The position numbers were made by a program, and so were the translations under genes. Below the pieces are notes generated by a model. It searched no databases and was not told the DNA's origin. It saw nothing but the letters and a program-made list of their open reading frames with translations. Below, piece by piece: positions 59,273-64,000 of a DNA stretch of 64,000 nucleotides. Every line of letters begins with the position of its first letter. The first letter of the stretch is position 1. Source of the stretch: the human T2T-CHM13v2.0 reference genome, Homo sapiens; assembly GCF_009914755.1 (NCBI RefSeq), contig NC_060928.1; one strand, given 5' to 3'.

Positions 59273-59435
59273 CTCACAATTTAATCCCTTTGTTCAGTTT
59301 TCATTTTCAGGCAGTGAAGCTGCTGTAGAGTAACCATGGGAAACGGTGGTGGTTCTGGCAGGCAATGGGGAGCACAGGAAGGCTCCTGGCACCAGAAAAA
59401 AAAAAGTTCAAGGTTTGATCTGAACGTAGCAATCA
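59273..59435 (-). other. SULT1B1: SULT1B1 non-coding exon 1 (5'UTR); transcription start approximate
   Basis: Donor GAG|gtaaaa at 59273/59272. Unique sequence with TATA-like and ETS motifs immediately upstream. The 5' boundary is inferred, not seen. Confidence 0.75.
59281..59337 (-). other. Upstream ORF in exon 1, 18 codons (MVTLQQLHCLKMKTEQRD*)
   Basis: CCC ATG GTT ACT CTA CAG CAG CTT CAC TGC CTG AAA ATG AAA ACT GAA CAA AGG GAT TAA, read directly from the minus strand. Confidence 0.65.
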
Positions 59436-59600
59436 CTGAGTTTACAGGCAGCTAAGATATAAAAAGGTTAAACTACCCACACCCACAATCACACACACAC
59501 ACATACACACACATGAGGCAAGTTCCACTGTTTCAACAGCTAGCAAAGCCAGGAAGCCAGGAAGTGGTTCAGGGTGGTGGCCATAAGTCAGCACAAGCAC
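59436..59600 (-). promoter_or_regulatory. Putative SULT1B1 proximal promoter
   Basis: TATAAAAA at 59458-59465 (+ strand), (CA)n at about 59490-59512, tandem CAGGAAGC/CAGGAAGT ETS cores at about 59550-59565. Confidence 0.55.
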
Positions 59601-60159
59601 AGGCTGTTTAGATTTTAAGCTCTCTGCAAGCTTCAAAGTGTCTGAGAAATGCAGAGGGAAAGAACATGAAGGGTTAGTGGATCAAAATTGTTGCTTCTCT
59701 ATATCTTATAAGAATGTCTTCTAACAATTTTGGTCATAACAGAAATAAAAATTGGTTTTGTGTGTGTTTGTGCATGTGTCAGTATGTTTCCATCTGGAAT
59801 AAACGTGAGTTTCTAATATCATTAAATGTCAAACATATTAAAGATGAAATGATTAATTACTTTGGCATCAGAAACACAAATACTCTAATCATTTCCACAA
59901 CTCTTGGTTTTTTCTTCTTTTGGTATGCAGAATCACATAAACAAGAAATGAGTGGAAATCAATCCATTTTTTAAGAGCACTCGTCTCAAACTTACACACA
60001 ACTACAACCACCAAGCTCTTGCCCCTGAGTTATACCTATGAAGGCCTGGGAAAGTCAGGAAGACCAGAGGGAAACTAGCACATTCCTTTAGACCATCAGT
60101 TTAACTTATAAATGTATTAAAGAAATGTAAAGCATATTTTCTTCTTAAAAGATGCTGCC

Positions 60160-61840
60160 GCTCTCCCTCTCCCTCTCCCTCTCCCTCTCCCTCTCCTCTT
60201 TCCACGGTCTCCCTCTGATGCCGAGCCGAAGCTGGACTGTACTGCTGCCATCTCGGCTCACTGCAACCTCCCTGCCTGATTCTCCTGCCTCAGCCTACCG
60301 AGTGCCTGCGATTGCAGGCGCGCCGCCACGCCTGACTGGTTTTCGTATTTTTTGGGTGGAGACGGGGTTTCGCTGTGTTGGCCGGGCTGGTCTCCAGCTC
60401 CTAACCGCGAGTGATCCGCCAGCCTCGGCCTCCCGAGGTGCCGGGATTGCAGACGGAGTCTCCTTCACTCAGTGCTCAATGGTGCCCAGGCTGGAGTGCA
60501 GTGGCGTGATCTCGGCTCGCTACAACATCCACCTCCCAGCAGCCTGCCTTGGCCTCCCAAAGTGCCGAGATTGCAGCCTCTGCCCGGCCGCCACCCCGTC
60601 TGGGAAGTGAGAAGCGTCTCTGCCTGGCCGCCCATCGTCTGGGATGTGAGGAGCCCCTCTGCCTGGCTGCCCAGTCTGGAAAGTGAGGAGCATCTCTGCC
60701 CAGCCGCCATCCCATCTAGGAAGTGAGGAGCGCCTCTTCCCGGCCACCATCTCATCTAGGAAGTGAGGAGCGTCTCTGCCCGGCTGCCCATCGTCTGAGA
60801 TGTGGGGAGCGCCTCTGCCCTGTCGCCCCGTCCGGGATGTGAGGAGCGTCTCTGCCCGGCCGCCCCGTCTGAGAAGTGAGGAGACCCTCTGCCTGGCAAC
60901 CGCCCTGTCTGAGAAGTGAGGAGCCCCTCCGCCCAGCAGCCGCCCCGTCTGAGAAGTGAGGAGCCCCTCCGCCCGGCAGCCACCCCGTCCGGGAGGGAGG
61001 TGGGGGGGTCAGCCCCCCGCCTGGCCAGCCGCCCCGTCCGGGAGGTGAGGGGCGCCTCTGCCCGGCCGCCCCTACTGGGAAGTGAGGAGCCCCTCTGCCC
61101 GGCCAGCCGCCCCATCCAGGAGGGAGGTGGGGGGGGTCAGCCCCCCGCCTGGCCAGCCGCCCCATCCGGGAGGGAGGGGGGGGGTCAGCCCCCCGCCCGG
61201 CCAGCCACCCCGTCCGGGAGGTGAGGGGCGCCTCTGCCCGGCCGCCCCTACTGGGAAGTGAGGAGCCCCTCTGCCCGGCCACCACCCCGTCTGGGAGGTG
61301 TACCCAACAGCTCATTGAGAACGGGCCATGATGACAATGGCAGTTTTGTGGAATAGAAAGGGGGGAAAGGTGGGGAAAGGATTGAGAAATCGGATGGTTG
61401 CCGTGTCTGTGTAGAAAGAGGTAGACATGGGAGACTTTTCATTTTGTTCTGTACTAAGAAAAATTCTTCTGCCTTGGGATCCTGTTGATCTGTGACCTTA
61501 CCCCCAACCCTGTGCTCTCTGAAACATGTGCTGTGTCCACTCAGGGTTGAATGGATTAAGGGCGGTGCAAGATGTGCTTTGTTAAACAGACGCTTGAAGG
61601 CAGCATGCTCATTGAGAGTCATCACCACTCCCTAATCTCAAGTACCCAGGGACACAAACACTGCGGAAGGCCGCAGGGTCCTCTGCCTAGGAAAACCAGA
61701 GACCTTTGTTCACTTGTTTATCTGCTGACCTTCCCTCCACTATTGTCCTGTGACCCTGCCAAATCCCCCTCTGCGAGAAACACCCAAGAATGATCAATGA
61801 AAAAAAAAAAATAAAATAAGAACTACAAAAAAAAAAAAAA
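60160..61840 (+). mobile_element. Full-length SVA retrotransposon (SVA_D-like)
   Basis: (CCCTCT)n head, Alu-like domain, GC-rich VNTR (about 60570-61295), SINE-R (about 61296-61800) and poly(A). Perfect 13-bp TSD AAAAGATGCTGCC (60147-60159, 61841-61853) at a TT/AAAA endonuclease site. Confidence 0.97.
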
Positions 61841-62757
61841 AAAAGATGCTGCCAACAGATTCCTAATCTTTGCCAGTCAGGGTTGTTTTATTTTCATTTT
61901 GTAAAGAGGGTGGAAGAGTATTAAAGAGAGAATACAGACAAAAGGGGTTTATGTGCACCTATTATAGTTGTATTTTGTTGCCCTTATGGGGAAGCATTAG
62001 GCTTCCAAATGAATCAGGAACAGGCACATAGAGGGCATTGAGACAGTCGTATGTCAATCTGTCTCTCTTTGATTGAGAACCTGAAATGTTTGAATTTTCT
62101 GAGATTCCCTAGCTTAGAAAGTTAGCTTTCTAGGCTAACTTGTTTATTTTCTAAATGTGATTTTGTGATTTTATAAGCTATGATTTTCTTTTCTCCTTTT
62201 GATGACGCATAGAGCCATTGGCTCCCACAGACCACCTCCACTTCCTACCAACCTTCATGCAGTCAACTGACACATTCCATAGACATAGAGTCTGTATAGG
62301 TCAACTTTCTGCAGTAGTGAACTACTGAAAACAAAAGCTGAACAAATTATATTTTCAATTGTGTATACAAATCTGCTATTGAAAATTATTTTATAGTGTA
62401 AGTTTAAAACCAATTCAATAGGCAAGATAATATAATACATTCGGACAGCCTGAAATCTGACAAATTTTGGAAACCTGTGGAATTGTACCTCAGGCTTCCT
62501 TAAGTAAATTTATCAGTGAAAAAATGTGATTATTCTAACCTAGACACAACTTGTGAAGCTAGGAAAACACACTGAAGGCAGTGGGAGAGGACTAGTGAGC
62601 AAGAGGGTGGGCTATAGCACAAGTCCTGGGCTTTAAATCCCAAACACAATCATTAACCAGCCTTGTGAGAGGGACAGGAAATTTAGCCTCTCTGTGCCTC
62701 CATTGCCCCACTGGGAATAATAGCATCTTCTTTATGCAGTTGTTTCAGTTTTCTCCT

Positions 62758-63390
62758 TTTTTTGAGTGTGGGAAAATACATATAATATAAAATTTACCAT
62801 CTTAATGAGTTTTAAGTATACTTCAGTAGTGTTAAGTATATTCACACTGTAATGTAATCAATCTCCAGAACTTTTTCATCTTGCAAAACTGAAACTCCAT
62901 ACCCATTAAAGAACAACTTATCCTCCCTCTGATCCCTGTTAACCACCATTGTACTTCTGTTTCTATAAATTTGATTCCTCAAAATACCTCATAAACGTGT
63001 AATCAGACTGTATTTGTTCTTTTGTAACTGGCTTATTTCATGTAACATAATGTTCTTAAGGTACATTCGTGTCGTAGCTTGTGTAAGATTGCTTTTTTCT
63101 TTTTAAGGCTAAATATTTTACAGATACCATAATTTTTTTAAAGTAATAAAAATAAAATGGATACTTGGGTAGCTTCTACCTTTTAGTTATTGTGAATAAT
63201 GCTGCTGTGAACAAGAGTATGCAAATTTTTTTATGAGATCTTGCTTTCATTTCCTTTGGATGTGTGCCAAGAAGTGGGATTGCTGGTAATTACGTTTTTA
63301 ACTTTTTAAAGAAACCACCATACTGTTTTACTTGTCTATATCATTTTACATTCCCACCAACAATGCACAACACTTCCCATTTGTCTACAT
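62758..63390 (-). mobile_element. L1MB-type 3' end inserted in a MIR
   Basis: aaaatttaccatctta...ctccagaactttttcatcttgcaaaactgaaactc; MIR-like flanks at about 62580-62750 and 63400-63440. Confidence 0.8.
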
Positions 63391-64000
63391 ACTTGGTTTG
63401 ATTATTAAATGAGTTAATATAAATATTGTGCTTAGAACATATCCTATCCATCACATTCTTTCAAAGAAATTTAGTCATTATAATTAAAATGTTTGTTTAA
63501 AATGTAGTGTTTATTGTTACAGAGATACAAATGAGCTGAAACCTTAGCATCTGTCTTGTGAGAAAGCCCTATATATGATTATTCTAGCAGCAGCATATGA
63601 GATACAATCTACAAAGCTTAAAGGAAACAGCAGAAGTTTTAAAAAGTATATTTAATTTTCATGGGTCTATACTAGATTATATGTTACTATTTATAGAGTA
63701 TCTATGATGTTTTAATACATGCATACAATGTGTAATAATCTTTTGCAACCCAGAAGAGAGAATCAAGTTTAGAATGAATTTAAGGAAAAGCAAATTCTAA
63801 TAAAAATATATTTAAATTACTTAATTATTACTTGGTGTGAAATTTAAAATCATCTTGGAAGATGAATTGTTACATCATAGAGTCATAGGGAAGAAAATGG
63901 TGAGGCTTCATGCTGCAGATATCGACCATGATGTCTGGGCAGAAAAGGAAGATGTGTCGTTATGCAAGGACACTAGTAATTAGGTCAACTGCATATCTCA

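Noticed and set aside
60152-61793. Many overlapping ORFs up to 187 aa and a regularly repeating array
   Set aside because: SVA Alu-like and VNTR sequence. The repeats have no unique spacers, so this is not CRISPR-like.

Overview
AT-rich, repeat-dense hominid genomic DNA, most likely human (it carries an SVA and AluY elements). It contains the complete cytosolic sulfotransferase gene SULT1B1 on the minus strand, which by established knowledge places it at chr4q13.3. I traced one likely non-coding exon and seven coding exons with GT-AG boundaries; they sum to 891 nt (296 aa plus stop). Most of the rest is transposable elements: L1s of several ages, Alus, two complete THE1 (MaLR) proviruses, solo LTRs, MITEs and a full-length SVA just upstream of the promoter. 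The main features not explained by this are: (1) a decayed, exon-shaped, acidic-repeat segment at 5710-5951 whose layout resembles an SCPP-type penultimate exon; (2) a near-perfect 34-bp hairpin at 12535-12635; (3) an 18-codon uORF in SULT1B1 exon 1; (4) an antisense L1 supplying the first canonical poly(A) signal after the SULT1B1 stop; (5) an SVA with a cap-derived G and a short 3' transduction, head-to-head with the promoter. Repeat subfamily names come from recognising consensus sequence by eye and need RepeatMasker/Dfam confirmation.
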